Shown here: positions 7,502 through 9,745 of the stretch, piece after piece
Numbering within the stretch: the stretch's first letter is position 1
Layout: each line of letters begins with the position of its first letter
NCBI GenBank assembly: GCA_905178155.1
Contig: CAJINV010000025.1
Span: 84,685-94,429 of the forward strand
Origin: Amoebophrya sp. A120
Taxonomy: Eukaryota > Protista > Dinoflagellata
Length of the DNA: 9,745 bases
Direction: 5' to 3'
The notes under the pieces: generated by a model
The model's input: only the letters and a program-made list of their open reading frames with translations
The model's database searches: none
Told to the model about the DNA's origin: nothing
Program-made: the position numbers and the translations under genes

Positions 7502-9745
7502 GGTTTGAGTTTTTCCTGGTTCCGGGTTCGCCTGGTTGGGGTTTCGTCTCCCCTGCTGGTTTGGCTTTTTCTTGTTTGAGGTTTGTCTTCGTTGCAGTTT
7601 CTCCTGCTTGAGGTTTCTCCTCTTTGGGGTTTCTCCTGCTTGAGGTTTCTCCTCTTTGGGGTTTCTCCTGTTTGAGGTTTCTCCTATAAGGTGGAGGCTT
7701 CTCCTGGTGAAGGATTCTCCTGGTTGGGGTTTCTCCTATTTGAGGCGTCTCCTGGATGAGGTTTCTCCTGGTTGGGGTTTCTCCTGGTTGGAGTTTCTCC
7801 TGGTTGGAGTTTCTCCTGCTTGAGGTTTCTCCTCTTTGGGGTTTCTTCTCTTTGGGGTTTCTCCTGGTTGAGGTTTCTCCGGGTCGGGGTTTCTCCTGGT
7901 TGGAGTTTTTCCCGGTTGAGGTTTCTCCTGGTTGAGGTTTCTCCTATTTGATGACTCTCCTGGTTAAGGTTTCTCCTGGTCGGAGTTTCTCCTGGTTGAG
8001 GTTTCTCCTGGTTGGGGTTTCTCCTGGCTGAGGTTTCTCATATTTGGGCTTTCTCCTGGTTGAGGTTTCTCCTGGTTGAGGTTTCTCCTTGTTGGGGCTT
8101 CTCCGGGTTGAGGTTTCTCCTGGTTCAGGTTTCTCCTGTTTGAGGTTTCTCCTGGTTGAGGTTTCTCCTCTTTGGGGTTTCTCCTGGTTGGGGTTTCTAT
8201 TGGTTGAGGCTTCTCCTGGTTGAGGTTTCTCCCCTGGTTGAGGTTTCTCCGCTTTGATGTTTTTCCTGGTTGAGGTTTCTCCTGGTTGGGGTTTCTCCTG
8301 GTTGAGGTTTCTCATATTTGGGGTCTCTCCTTGTTGGGGTTTCTCCTGTTTGAGGTTTCTCCTGGTTGAGGTTTCTCCTCTTTGGGGTTTCTCCTGGTTG
8401 GGGCTCCTCCTGGTTGAGGTTTGTCCTGCTTGAGGTTTCTCCTGGTTGAGGTTTCTCCTGGTTGGAGTTTCTCCTGGTTGCGATTTCTCCTGTTTGGAGT
8501 TTCTCCTGGCTGAGGTTTCTCCTATTTGAGGTTTCTTCTGGTTGAGGTTTCCCCTATTTGGGCTTTTTCCTGGTTGGCGTTTCTCCTGTTTGAGGTTTCT
8601 CCCGGTTGGGGTTTCTCCTGGTTGAGGTTTCTCCCGGTTGGAGTTTCTCCTGGTTGAGGTTTCTCCTATTTGATGTCTCTCCTGGTTGAGGTTTCTCCTC
8701 TTTGGGGTTTCTCCTGGTTAAGGTTTCTCCTGGTTAAGGTTTCTCCTGGTTGGGGTTTCTCCTGGTTGAGGTTTCTCATATGTGGGGTGTCTCCTGGTTG
8801 AGGTTTCTCCTGGTTGGGGTTTCTCCTCTTTGGCGTTTCTCCTGGTTGAGGTTTCTTCTGGTTGGGGTTTCTCCTCTTTGGGGTTTCTTCTGGTTGAGGT
8901 TTCTCTTGGTTGGAGTTTCTCCTGGTTCGTTGGGGTTTTTCCTGTTTGGAGTTTCTCCCGGTTGAGGTTTCTCCTCCTTGAGGTTTCTCCTATTTGGGCC
9001 TTCTCCTGGTTGGGGTTTCTCCTGGTTGAGGTTTCTCCCGGTTGGAGTTTCTCCGGGTTGAGGTTTCTCCTGGTTGGGGTTTCTCCTGGTTGAGGTTTCT
9101 CCTATTTGGTGTCTCTCCTGGTTGAGGTTTCTCCTATTAATTTGCTGCGTTGAGGTTTCTTCTATTAAGTAATTTGGTGCGTCTTCTGGTTGGAGTTTCT
9201 CCTGGTGGGGGTTTCTCCTGGTTGGGGTTTCTCCTGGTTGAGGTTTCGCCTGTTTGAGGTCTCTCCTGGTTGAGGTCTCCCCTGATTGAGGTTTCTCCTG
9301 GTTGGGGTTTCTCCTGGTTGAGGCTTCTCCTGGCTGAGGCTTCTCCTGGTTGCGGTTTCTCCTGTTTGAGGTTTCTCCTGGTTGAGGTGTCTCCTGGTTG
9401 AGGTTTCTCCTGGTTGGGGTTTCTCCTGGTTCAGGTTTCTCCTATTTGATGCGTCTCCTGGTTAAGGTTTCTCCTGGTTGGAGTTTCTCCTGGTTGAGGT
9501 TTCTCCTGGTTGGGGTTTCTCCTGGTTGAGGTTTCTTATATTTGGGCTGTCTCCTGGTTGGGGTTTCTCCTGGTTGAGGTTTCTCTTTGTTGGGGTTTCT
9601 CCTGGTTGAGGTTTCTCCTGGTTGAGGTTTCTCCTATTTGGGGCTTCTCCTGGTTGAGGTTTCTCCTCTTTGGGGTTTCTCCTGGTTGAGGTTTCTCCTG
9701 GTTGAGGTTTCTCCTCTTTGAGGCTTCTCCTGGTTGAGGTTTCTC
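7502..9745. repeat. 16-bp satellite/minisatellite array, consensus GGTTGAGGTTTCTCCT, roughly 140 copies, truncated by window end
   Basis: Continuous 16-nt period with common variants GGTTGGGG-, GGTTGGAG-, CTTTGGGG-, ATTTGATG-. Strongly degenerate at 7502-7600. Confidence 0.98.

Noticed and set aside
7944-9093. ORFs in the satellite (7944-8315 -, 8750-8965 +, 8782-9093 +)
   Set aside because: Automatic by-products of the 16-bp period; no credible start or unique coding sequence.
7502-9745. CRISPR array or canonical telomerase-made telomere
   Set aside because: No unique spacers or cas genes. Units are too heterogeneous and show block duplication, unlike templated telomere repeats.

Overview
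Eukaryotic-looking genomic DNA (GT-AG introns, Kozak-like ATGs, no operon or RBS signatures). A gene island sits between two unrelated tandem arrays. On the left is a GC-rich, palindrome-rich 114-bp repeat that runs off the window (1-222), followed by a perfect 20-bp palindrome. On the right is a ~2.2-kb array of a 16-bp unit GGTTGAGGTTTCTCCT (~7502-9745, runs off the window) with higher-order variant structure. The island holds two paralogous two-exon genes of a family I do not recognise (948-2758, ~540 aa; 4633-6522, ~590 aa). They share an intron at the same Gly codon and phase and show alternating conserved and unalignable blocks. Between them lie a probable 4-exon acidic-protein gene missed by the ORF track (2816-3530) and a decayed C-terminal fragment of a third paralog with a Trp-to-TGA stop (~3792-3878). 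No rRNA, tRNA, CRISPR array or transposase was recognised. Organism and protein functions cannot be determined from the sequence alone.
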